Positions 29,520 through 37,884 of a stretch of 64,000 nt of DNA are shown piece by piece. The DNA comes from Methyloligellaceae bacterium (GTDB lineage Bacteria > Pseudomonadota > Alphaproteobacteria > Rhizobiales > CBDCYM01): positions 1,522,877 to 1,586,876 of the forward strand of contig CBDCYM010000011.1 of NCBI GenBank assembly GCA_965224165.1, given 5' to 3'. The notes beneath the pieces are model-generated. The model was not told where the DNA came from, searched no databases, and saw nothing but the letters and a program-made list of their open reading frames with translations. The first letter of the stretch is position 1; the number at the start of each line of letters is the position of its first letter. Made by a program: the position numbers and the translations under genes.

Positions 29520-30386
29520 ATGGGTATTTCAGCCTTTATGCATAGGGGGAGGGGCGCATTTTTGTGTGTCTCTCTGATTGTCATGCAAGCATCGTTAGCA
29601 TGGGGTGAGAAGACGCCTTCCCATCCCTGGCCGACAACATCAAAGACGTTTGTTTCTCTTGCGACGCATATAAAGCCTCCCAAGGGTTACCATCGCATCA
29701 AAGCTGAACCTGGAAGTTTTGCCCACTGGCTCCGCAGCTTGCCTTTGAAGCCATCAGGAAGTTTTGTCCGCCTCTATAACGGCAGTTTCAGATTTAATCA
29801 GCTCGCCCATTATGCGGTTATAGATATGGATGTCGGTAAACGCGATTTGCAGCAATGCGCCGATGCCGTCATGCGTCTCCGTGCCGAATATCTATATGCT
29901 CAAGGGCGACGGAATGAAATTGCCTTTAATTTCACAGGCGGGTCTCGCATTCCGTTTTCCCGTTGGAGCAAGGGGTGGCGGCCGCACGTCAAAGGTAAAC
30001 GCGTGAGTTGGTCACGGCGCGGCAAAAGAGGGGCCCATTACAAGAGTTTTCGGAAATATATGGACATTATTTTTGCGTATGCGGGAACATACTCGCTTGA
30101 ACGTGAGATGATCTCGGTCTCAGTTAAAGACATGGCCATTGGAGATGTTTTTATCCAGGGTGGTTTTCCAGGTCATGCCATCCTTGTTGCGGACATGGTG
30201 AAGAACCCAGAGACAGGCGAAAAACGCTTTCTTCTGATCCAAAGTTTCATGCCTGCGCAAGATATTCATGTTTTGCGTGATCCGAAAAATCCGCTTACGC
30301 CTTGGTATGGTCTTGATTTCAGCAAAACACTCATAACACCGGACTGGATCTTCCGGGCTAAAGATTTGCGGCGGTTTAAGAATTGA
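29520..30386 (+). CDS. hypothetical secreted protein, 288 aa (possibly DUF4846-like)
   Basis: N-terminal signal peptide (LCVSLIVMQASLAWG), basic, no catalytic motif recognised. It lies just downstream of two repeat elements. Confidence 0.5.
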   Translation: MGISAFMHRGRGAFLCVSLIVMQASLAWGEKTPSHPWPTTSKTFVSLATHIKPPKGYHRIKAEPGSFAHWLRSLPLKPSGSFVRLYNGSFRFNQLAHYAVIDMDVGKRDLQQCADAVMRLRAEYLYAQGRRNEIAFNFTGGSRIPFSRWSKGWRPHVKGKRVSWSRRGKRGAHYKSFRKYMDIIFAYAGTYSLEREMISVSVKDMAIGDVFIQGGFPGHAILVADMVKNPETGEKRFLLIQSFMPAQDIHVLRDPKNPLTPWYGLDFSKTLITPDWIFRAKDLRRFKN

Positions 30387-30403
30387 AATGTGGCTTGAAC
30401 GGT

Positions 30404-31279
30404 TCAGGACGCAAATAAATAGTCTCTATACTCAGCGAAATCGGATTTAGCCGAACCACACCAAAACAAACTTGGCCAATTCACTAAGTACAGACAATTT
30501 TCACTCATAAATGACTCAATTTCTGGCTCAATCTCATCAACATTAGCGTTTTCTGCTTCCCTCAAGTTGAGGGCAATAATATTGCCGGAAACGTCTACTT
30601 GCCCCCACAACAACCAACCTGATTGCGTCTCAAGCGCAAAACCGTTGACTATAGCTGCCGCAATATTATTGAAAGCCACGCCAGAGAAAGTCCTTTTAAT
30701 TGAAAAAAGATGTTTTATCCGGTCAAAATGGAGGAACTTATCACGAAGAGGCTCTTTTATTATTTTTCGCACATGTATTTGATTAAAACCAATACCTTCT
30801 CTGTGATTTTCATATATCGACTTAATCGCTTTCATTTCCTCGTCAATTGATGAGTTAAAACTGTTGGATATAAACTCAAATTGCCTCCAATCATCTTCTA
30901 AAACAATCAAGGCATCTTCCAATGATATTTTGGCCTCCTTAACTGCTGCGATGTCATCATTTATCGTAGGCAAACTGAACAAGACTGTATTCGGGTCAAT
31001 ATCAAGGATTTCAACCTTTACGAGGGATAATTTTAGATTTCCGGATTTTATGAATTCAGATTTCTTCGGCGGCGATGCATTCAGAACACGCCAATCCTGA
31101 TCCGCCAAATTTATTGTCGTTTGAATTTCGAAGGTATCTGGAAGATCATCTACGGCAATGTTTGATACGGCAAACGGTTGAGAATTATCCCCCTCAAAAA
31201 ATTCTACTTTTATTTCATTCGGATTATTTTTAGATTCAAACATGACAGCTCCAAAAGTCAGGCATTCATAATTAAACAA
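30404..31279 (-). CDS. hypothetical acidic protein, 291 aa, AT-rich (GC clearly below the surrounding genes)
   Basis: Long clean ORF convergent with 29520..30386. Asp/Glu/Asn-rich. No recognisable domain. Confidence 0.45.
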   Translation of the reverse strand: MFNYECLTFGAVMFESKNNPNEIKVEFFEGDNSQPFAVSNIAVDDLPDTFEIQTTINLADQDWRVLNASPPKKSEFIKSGNLKLSLVKVEILDIDPNTVLFSLPTINDDIAAVKEAKISLEDALIVLEDDWRQFEFISNSFNSSIDEEMKAIKSIYENHREGIGFNQIHVRKIIKEPLRDKFLHFDRIKHLFSIKRTFSGVAFNNIAAAIVNGFALETQSGWLLWGQVDVSGNIIALNLREAENANVDEIEPEIESFMSENCLYLVNWPSLFWCGSAKSDFAEYRDYLFAS

Positions 31280-31412
31280 ATTTTGGGTTATTCCTCCGCT
31301 AGCCTGGGCCTGTAATCTGTCAATTTTACTTACGCCGCAATATCAAAAAACAGGATGTTCTTTCGTAACCGCTGGCATAAACGGTTCAGTTCGTTTTAGC
31401 AGATGCAATGCG

Positions 31413-32588
31413 CTAGCGATCTTCTTCACTTGAGGAAGCCTGATCATCTTCTTGCCTCGGTGCTTTTTCAAGGTGCAAGAGGTTATGGAGAAGACTGTCG
31501 AAACCTCGGGCTTCACCACCTGTGACCAGCTTGATCTTACCGACCTTTTCGGTCAGCTTCTCAAGCGCTTCAATTTCTTTCAGACGCAAGAGTAATGGAT
31601 TGTTTTCCATAAGCCGTGCTGTATTGAGCAGTGAGCGCGTGGCGGCTGTTTCTTCGCGGCGGCGGATCAGATTAGCTTGTGCCACCTTTTCCGCTTCTAC
31701 GACCTTGTTAATCAACTCACGCATCTCGCCGGGAAGGATAATGTCCTTCAAGCCAAGCTCGTTGACCGAGACACCTATGTCACCTAGATGCACGTCGACA
31801 TAGGTGCGAACTTGGTTGTCAACAGTCTCACGGTTATTCAGGATCTGATCGAGAGTGCGTGTCGATACGGCTTCCCGCACCGCAAACTGAGTAAGGCGAT
31901 AGATATATGTTGCATAATCAGATGTTTCCTGAACGGCCTTTTCAGGATGCGTCACCTGCGTAAAGGCTGTCAGTGTCACACGCAGTGAGACGCGGTCTTT
32001 GGTCAGGATTTCTTGCGCTGTAATTTCATGCGGGATCGGACGCAGATCTAGTGTCTCCACGCGCACTTGATGATGCACAGCCCAAAAAGCATGCCGGCCG
32101 GGGTCGAGCTCTTCCTTGAGTTCGCCATCGACAAAGAGGAGGCCGGCCTCATGCTGGTTAACCGTCACATCTTGAACAAGAGTCGTCGTGCTGGTCTGGA
32201 TCGCATTCAGATCTTCTTTTTCCACCTTGATGTCTTTTGACGTATCGATCATCTTGACCGTTACGGTGTTCAATGCTTTCCAAAAGACTCGCTTTTTCCA
32301 TGGGCCCATTAAATGAGTAGGCACACCGTCAAATGAGACAATGGCGACCTCGCCTTCACCTGTTTGAACGATTTCAAAATGTTCCTCGGCAATATCAGGA
32401 TGGTTCTTTTCAATAACGGTTGCTATCGCTTCGGGTACTTCGGCCTTCAGGACTGAATGGCGATCAATTTCAATTTTTTGCGAAAAATTAGCAAAACGAT
32501 AACGTCCCGGGCCAAGCACCCGGCTGAATTTTCCATTCTCAAACAAAAAGGCGCGTTCACCTTCGCGCACTGTAACGACGCGGTACAT
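31413..32588 (-). CDS. SPFH/band-7 (stomatin/flotillin-like) domain protein with an about 190-aa N-terminal region of unknown function
   Basis: C-terminal half shows SPFH-like features (…ILTKDRVSLRVTLTAFTQV…ILPGEMRELINKVVEAEKVAQANLIRRREE…) followed by a coiled coil. No TM helix is apparent. Confidence 0.65.
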   Translation of the reverse strand: MYRVVTVREGERAFLFENGKFSRVLGPGRYRFANFSQKIEIDRHSVLKAEVPEAIATVIEKNHPDIAEEHFEIVQTGEGEVAIVSFDGVPTHLMGPWKKRVFWKALNTVTVKMIDTSKDIKVEKEDLNAIQTSTTTLVQDVTVNQHEAGLLFVDGELKEELDPGRHAFWAVHHQVRVETLDLRPIPHEITAQEILTKDRVSLRVTLTAFTQVTHPEKAVQETSDYATYIYRLTQFAVREAVSTRTLDQILNNRETVDNQVRTYVDVHLGDIGVSVNELGLKDIILPGEMRELINKVVEAEKVAQANLIRRREETAATRSLLNTARLMENNPLLLRLKEIEALEKLTEKVGKIKLVTGGEARGFDSLLHNLLHLEKAPRQEDDQASSSEEDR

Positions 32589-32939
32589 CGGTCTATCCTA
32601 AAAACTTTTTATTTCGAGTTGAGCCATCTGGCTCACCTACCAATCACAATCAAAAGTCTTGGAGGACTGGATGGCTACCGATTTCGACGAAAACGGAAGC
32701 AATCCAACTGCATGATATGAAGCAATCCAACTGCATGATATTATGTGACAAAAGGTAGCGGCAGGTACGCGTGCTGTGTGGCGAAATAATGGCCTTAAGC
32801 AAAAAAACTGTTGTATGGATTGATAATATCTATTTTTCTTCATCTAATATCTGATCAAAATAACTCCCACCTGTTAAATGAGCCCAAGAACTTGGGCGGC
32901 AAGGATTTTATATTGATCCCTTGAGTTGAGGTTATTGCA

Positions 32940-33232
32940 CTTTCCTAAACAGGTCACCGGAGGCTTGACCTCGACACGTCATGTGCGGGCCCTTGCTTGA
33001 GGTGCTGCGAGCCCGCCCGCGCCACAAGCACCGCGAGACGAACGCACTCTGGGGCCCGAAGGCCCAGAGCCGCTCATCCGGCAGACCTGTGCGCCAGGCT
33101 TCGCGCAGCACCGGTATCCGCAAGGGCACAAAGCCCATGTCGTGCCTGCCACAATCCGGGTACTCATTTTGGCCGAAGCCGCCACGAGCACCTATCATGT
33201 GGCGTGAGCCCAAACCTCCGGCTCCCCAATAA
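32940..33232 (-). ncRNA. candidate structured ncRNA of about 290 nt. It is GC-rich with two C(UUCG)G tetraloop hairpins on the - strand. Its identity is unknown.
   Basis: GC is about 64% against a local 45-50%. No protein-like ORF is present; the six-frame ORFs here are Arg/Pro-rich and overlap on both strands. On the - strand there are hairpins gggcc-TTCG-ggccc and ggc-TTCG-gcc. The ends are complementary (gccggagg … cctccggt). Confidence 0.35.
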
Positions 33233-33279
33233 GTATTTGAGCCAGATTATCAGTCTGGTCCAGGTTATGAGCCTGGTCG

Positions 33280-33351
33280 ATCAGATAGAAGGAATCGAAC
33301 CTTCGTCCCATTGGGGGAAACCCAATTGCTCTACCTCTGAGCTATATCCGA
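33280..33351 (-). tRNA. tRNA-like cloverleaf, 72 nt, with an aberrant anticodon arm (6-bp stem with a 5-nt loop, or loop GUUUCCC reading UUC). Possibly a tRNA pseudogene or tRNA-derived element.
   Basis: Reverse complement is TCGGATATAGCTCAGAGGTAGAGCAATTGGGTTTCCCCCAATGGGACGAAGGTTCGATTCCTTCTATCTGAT. D-arm and T-arm are canonical (TAGCTCAGAGGTAGAGC; GAAGGTTCGATTCCTTC). The acceptor stem has a G3·U70 wobble and no CCA is encoded. The anticodon loop is not a canonical 7-nt loop with a purine at position 37. Confidence 0.4.
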
Positions 33352-33605
33352 GTGGCGGATCGGCACTGGAACACGGCATCCGCAGCGCGGCCCGCGCCGG
33401 AGAGGTCTCAGCGAGCCCCAACCAAAGTGCGACAATCCACCAACAGGTCTAGCTGATAAAGTAGCAAAAGCAAAGCCGCCTCTTGCACAAAAGTCCGTAC
33501 CATGCGACCAAAATAGAGGTTTAGGAGAGAGATTCGCGGATGCAGCGCAGTTGGTACCTTCTACGAAAGTCGTCATTGCGACCGAGCATTTTAGATGTGC
33601 TATCG

Positions 33606-33664
33606 GCTAACGCCTACTTGAGCACTTGATATTTTGTGCTAACGGCCAGCGCCTACTTGAGCAC
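33606..33664. repeat. Direct repeat of gctaacg…cgcctacttgagcac (perfect 15-mer at 33611-33625 and 33650-33664) in the parE upstream region
   Basis: Read directly from the sequence, about 150 bp upstream of the parE start. Confidence 0.5.
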
Positions 33665-33806
33665 AAGTGAGCGTGGCAATCCAGATGTGAGGCAAATCAA
33701 GCCTAAAACAGGATTGCGTCGTCGGCTAAAGCCTCCTCGCAATGACGGGGAATCTATTTCGTGGAGAAATCCGGTTAGGAGTAACGCTGTCTAAGATGAT
33801 GAGACG

Positions 33807-35840
33807 ATGGGAAAAGTAGGCGATCTTTTCGCAAGATTAGAAGAAAAAATGGAACAAGCTCCGATCAGCCGCCGCGGGTCGAAAAAAGGCCGGGAGGGTG
33901 AAGCAAAATATACGGCTGCCGATATTGAGGTGCTCGAAGGGCTGGAACCCGTGCGCCGCCGTCCTGGCATGTATATTGGTGGCACGGATGAAAAGGCGCT
34001 GCATCATCTCTTTGCCGAAGTTATCGATAATTCCATGGATGAAGCCGTTGCCGGGCATGCGAGTTGGATTGAGGTTGCGTTGGACAAAGACGGCTGGTTG
34101 ACGGTAACGGACAATGGCCGGGGTATTCCTGTTGACCCTCATCCAAAATATAAAAAGAAATCCGCTCTTGAAGTCATTATGACCACGCTGCATGCAGGCG
34201 GAAAATTCAACTCTAAGGTTTATGACACATCAGGCGGTTTGCATGGCGTTGGCGTTTCGGTGGTCAATGCCCTTTCCGAAAAGCTTGAGGTTGAGGTTGC
34301 GCGCGATAAGCAGCTTTACCGGCAAATCTACAGTCGTGGCAAACCGCAAGGAGCGCTTAAAAAGCTAGGATCTATAAAGAATCGCCGTGGTACCAAAATC
34401 CGCTTCAAACCGGATGAGAAAATCTTCGGCAAAAAAGCGGCTTTTAAGCCTTCGCGATTATTCCGCATGGCGCGATCCAAAGCCTATCTCTTCGGCGGTG
34501 TGGAAATTCGTTGGTCCTGTGCGCCAAGCCTCATTGACGCGAAAGATGAGACACCGCCGCAAGCGGTTTTTCATTTTCCGGGAGGTCTAAAGGACTTCTT
34601 GGCGTCGCGCATTGAAGGGCGGACATATGTTGCCCGCGATGCTTTCTTTGGCAAACACAACCAGGATGGCGGTCATGGTTCCGTGGAATGGGCCATCGCT
34701 TGGATTGGCGATGCGGACGGCTTTTTAAACTCTTATTGTAACACTGTGCCGACGGCTGACGGCGGCACGCATGAAGCCGGATTGCGCGCTGCTCTCACCA
34801 AAGGGTTGAGGGCCTATGGTGAGCTAACGGGCAATAAAAAGGCGGCGCAGATAACGGCTGATGACGTTTTGTCTTCCGCTGCGGCTATGCTCTCAGTTTT
34901 CATTCGGGAACCAGAGTTTCAAGGCCAAACAAAGGATAAACTCGCCACGCAGGAGGCGGCTCGTATTGTCGAGAGCACGCTGCGCGATGCATTTGATCAT
35001 TGGCTGACGGCGAGCCCTCAGCAAGCGAACAAACTCTTGGAATGGGTTATTGACCGCTCAGAAGAACGCCTGCGCCGCCGTCGCGAAAAAGAAGTAAACC
35101 GTAAAACCGCGGCCCGCAAACTGCGTCTGCCTGGGAAACTTGCTGATTGTTCAAAGTCGGCAAAGGATGGAACGGAAATTTTTATCGTTGAGGGGGACTC
35201 AGCTGGTGGTTCAGCCAAACAGGCGCGCAATCGTGCGACCCAAGCCGTCTTGCCTCTGCGTGGCAAAATTCTAAACGTTGCCAATGCCAGCTCCGCCAAG
35301 CTTGCGCAAAACCAGCTTTTGTCGGACCTCATTCAGGCTTTGGGCTGTGGAATGGGAACAAGTTACCGGGATGATGATTTGCGCTACGAGAAGGTTATCA
35401 TCATGACCGACGCCGATGTGGACGGTGCCCATATTGCGTCTCTACTCATCACCTTTTTTTACCGGCAAATGCCGGAACTCATCGAAAATGGCCATCTTTA
35501 TCTAGCCGTGCCGCCGCTTTATAAAATTACGCAAGGCGCTAAATCGGTCTATGCCCGTGATGATGCGCACAAAGATAGTTTGCTTGAGAGCGATTTTACA
35601 GGGCGCGGTAAGATCGAAATTTCCCGCTTTAAAGGCCTTGGTGAAATGATGCCGGCCCAGCTTAAAGAAACCACCATGAATCCGGAGACGCGCATTCTGC
35701 TTCGTGTTGAAGTGGATGAAGATGATCGCACCCAAACCTCAAAAGCAGTTGATCAACTTATGGGAAATAAGCCGGAAGCGCGCTTTAAGTTTATCCAGGA
35801 CAATGCTGAATATGTCAGTGGTGAGGAGCTGGATATTTAA
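33807..35840 (+). CDS. parE: DNA topoisomerase IV subunit B
   Basis: GHKL ATPase, TOPRIM and GyrB C-terminal motifs. The 677-aa length is the ParE size (short against GyrB, about 800 aa). Confidence 0.88.
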   Translation: MGKVGDLFARLEEKMEQAPISRRGSKKGREGEAKYTAADIEVLEGLEPVRRRPGMYIGGTDEKALHHLFAEVIDNSMDEAVAGHASWIEVALDKDGWLTVTDNGRGIPVDPHPKYKKKSALEVIMTTLHAGGKFNSKVYDTSGGLHGVGVSVVNALSEKLEVEVARDKQLYRQIYSRGKPQGALKKLGSIKNRRGTKIRFKPDEKIFGKKAAFKPSRLFRMARSKAYLFGGVEIRWSCAPSLIDAKDETPPQAVFHFPGGLKDFLASRIEGRTYVARDAFFGKHNQDGGHGSVEWAIAWIGDADGFLNSYCNTVPTADGGTHEAGLRAALTKGLRAYGELTGNKKAAQITADDVLSSAAAMLSVFIREPEFQGQTKDKLATQEAARIVESTLRDAFDHWLTASPQQANKLLEWVIDRSEERLRRRREKEVNRKTAARKLRLPGKLADCSKSAKDGTEIFIVEGDSAGGSAKQARNRATQAVLPLRGKILNVANASSAKLAQNQLLSDLIQALGCGMGTSYRDDDLRYEKVIIMTDADVDGAHIASLLITFFYRQMPELIENGHLYLAVPPLYKITQGAKSVYARDDAHKDSLLESDFTGRGKIEISRFKGLGEMMPAQLKETTMNPETRILLRVEVDEDDRTQTSKAVDQLMGNKPEARFKFIQDNAEYVSGEELDI

Positions 35841-36209
35841 CTACTGGCTCTCCGGCCCTCTATAGACGCATCCCTCCTGACAAGAATCGCGCGACACTGC
35901 AATTTCAGCTAAGCCAGGGAATTCACCTTCAAGCCTCTTCCATAGCCACTTGGTAATGTGCTCCAAAGTCGGGAGTTCAAGCCCTGGAATATCGTTTAGG
36001 TAGCGATGGTCAAGCTCTGCACGAGCCTTGTTCAACGCTTTGGTCATCTCATCGAAATGCACAATAACACCGGTTTCAGGGTCCGGTTCACCATCAATGG
36101 TAACGCGCACGCGGAATGAGTGCCCATGCATCCGGGCATTGGGATGGCCTTCCGCGGCGGTTGGCAGCAAATGGGCCGCCTCAATATGAAATTCCTTATA
36201 GATACGCAT
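35841..36209 (-). CDS. queD: 6-carboxy-5,6,7,8-tetrahydropterin synthase
   Basis: Begins MRIYKEFHIEAAHLLP… with the Zn-binding His/Glu pattern of QueD. Start taken at the internal Met of ORF 35841..36269. Confidence 0.85.
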   Translation of the reverse strand: MRIYKEFHIEAAHLLPTAAEGHPNARMHGHSFRVRVTIDGEPDPETGVIVHFDEMTKALNKARAELDHRYLNDIPGLELPTLEHITKWLWKRLEGEFPGLAEIAVSRDSCQEGCVYRGPESQ

Positions 36210-36372
36210 GGAATGCTCTTTATGCGATTTTTGCGTCCGCGTCACCCTGGCAAATTTACGCAATGACATTTATAAGACGGCAATAATCTTAGCTTATGAG
36301 CTAATGTTATAGGGTCTTGCGGACTAAGTCCTATTTGCCCGTTTCACAATTGGACGTTATTGCTGTCTGGCA

Positions 36373-37026
36373 TTACGCAATGCCGATGAGCTTATGGGTC
36401 TGCAGGCTTAAACGCCATTGGGGATGCGCAAGGCAATAGCGGATTGCAACACGGGTATTCTCTTCTTTTAAGGCGTTATCCATCGGCTGCAAAAAGAAAT
36501 GATCAAAGCTCAACGCGCTCACTTCTTCGGGGCTTATACCATCTTGAGGGTAAACAAGCTTAAGTTCATTGCCGGATGTTTGAACAAGGTCTGCTCCTGC
36601 TTTCGGGCTCACGCAAATCCAATCAATGTCACGGGGAACAGGCAATGTCCCGTTTGTCTCAATGGCAATCTCGAATCCGACGTCATGAAGGGCGGTAATC
36701 AGCTTTTCGTCAATCTGTAACATTGGCTCACCGCCAGTGAGGACGACAAAGGGCGTACCCGGCCGATCATCCCATATGTTTTTACATGCCAAAGCTAAAT
36801 CTTGGGCCGCCTTAAATTGACCACCACCCGGTCCGTCCGTGCCAACAAAATCCGTATCACAAAACGAGCAGACGGCACCTTCACGGTCTTCCTCCCGGCC
36901 TGACCAAAGATTGCATCCCGCGAAGCGACAGAATACTGCCGACCGGCCTGTATTGGCCCCTTCACCTTGCAAGGTATGATAGATTTCTTTGACTGAGTAC
37001 ATATTCTGAAACTGCAACAACCTCAC
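36373..37026 (-). CDS. queE: 7-carboxy-7-deazaguanine synthase (radical SAM); the true start may be the Met at 37002
   Basis: …LQGEGANTGRSAVFCRFAGCNLWSG… with the QueE-type Cys cluster, about 210 aa, immediately upstream of queD on the same strand. Confidence 0.8.
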   Translation of the reverse strand: MRLLQFQNMYSVKEIYHTLQGEGANTGRSAVFCRFAGCNLWSGREEDREGAVCSFCDTDFVGTDGPGGGQFKAAQDLALACKNIWDDRPGTPFVVLTGGEPMLQIDEKLITALHDVGFEIAIETNGTLPVPRDIDWICVSPKAGADLVQTSGNELKLVYPQDGISPEEVSALSFDHFFLQPMDNALKEENTRVAIRYCLAHPQWRLSLQTHKLIGIA

Positions 37027-37128
37027 CTAATAGGTAAAGGTTAAATTCTTGCCAGCCAAATTTTTTCGCCTATTGCAGCGCAGGTTGTTATTGCCGTTTG
37101 ATAAAGCACGTTATTTGACTGGCACAGT

Positions 37129-37443
37129 CTAAGTCGAAACCTCATGTAAAGGTGTCAACGACTTCTGATCGATTTTACGCTGAGCATGCCACAGATCGTG
37201 AGCGTTTTGCATTTTAAGCCAACTCTCGGGCGAGCGCCCAAAAACAATGCTCATGCGAACAGCCATTTCAGGCGTGACCGCTTGTTCTTCATTGAGCAGA
37301 TCATAGAGGGTTTGCCGCGAAACACCTAAAGCCCGCGCGATCGCTGCTTTGGACACATCAAGCGCAGGCAAAATAATTTCATGCAAAATCTTACCAGGAT
37401 GTGCTGGGCATCGATTTGGGCTTCTGAGTAATTTTTTTGTCAT
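37129..37443 (-). CDS. higA: HigA-type antitoxin (XRE-family HTH)
   Basis: HTH sequence AAIARALGVSRQTLYDLLNEEQAVTPEMAVRMS. Start chosen at the Met preceded by GGAGGTGGTG. It lies directly downstream of higB. Confidence 0.8.
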   Translation of the reverse strand: MTKKLLRSPNRCPAHPGKILHEIILPALDVSKAAIARALGVSRQTLYDLLNEEQAVTPEMAVRMSIVFGRSPESWLKMQNAHDLWHAQRKIDQKSLTPLHEVST

Positions 37444-37465
37444 GGCACCACCTCCAACACAATAC

Positions 37466-37744
37466 TTAGTGGTAGTCTTCAAGGTCGATAGCAATTGCAT
37501 CTCCATCTTCCCAGGCAAAGGTTACCCTCCAGTTACCCTGCACGTCCACAGCATAACGACCTTTCATATTACCTTTAAGGGGATGAAAATTCAGGCCAGG
37601 AACATTCATGTCTTCCGGCACGATACTTGTGTCCAACAAATCAAGGATCATTGCGATTTTATCGACCCATTCAGGGGAGAGTTTGCTGGCATCGTCTTTC
37701 TCCCAAAAACGGCGGAGACGCCGACTCTGAAACGAAACAATCAT
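37466..37744 (-). CDS. higB: HigB-type toxin (RelE/ParE superfamily mRNA interferase, 'plasmid maintenance system killer')
   Basis: 92 aa. The N-terminal RRLRRFWEK… and C-terminal …GRYAVDVQGNWRVTFAWEDGDAIAIDLEDYH are typical of HigB. It is the upstream partner of the HTH antitoxin. Confidence 0.8.
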   Translation of the reverse strand: MIVSFQSRRLRRFWEKDDASKLSPEWVDKIAMILDLLDTSIVPEDMNVPGLNFHPLKGNMKGRYAVDVQGNWRVTFAWEDGDAIAIDLEDYH

Positions 37745-37884
37745 TGTTATATTGCCCCCGCAATTCTGTTTGTGACATCGTCATCCCCATATTTCCCCAC
37801 CGTATTTCTATTTGTAAGGAGAGTCTTTACACATGTCAAGTGATGGCTGACATTGTTGTTGCTTTGAATTAGGAATAGAACCAA

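Noticed and set aside
32940-33232. Possible RNase P RNA, SRP RNA or tmRNA
   Set aside because: I looked for the RNase P P4/CR motifs (GGAAAGUCCGGGCUCC; ACAGAACCCGGCUUA), the SRP domain-IV motif and an ANDN…LAA tag frame. None is present, so the RNA is left unclassified and not named.
32932-33576. Multiple overlapping ORFs on both strands (32932-33213 -, 32979-33191 -, 32981-33232 +, 32997-33452 +, 33331-33576 -)
   Set aside because: These are mutually overlapping Arg/Pro/Ala-rich translations typical of GC-rich non-coding RNA-like sequence. One of them runs through the tRNA-like element. The region is better explained as ncRNA.
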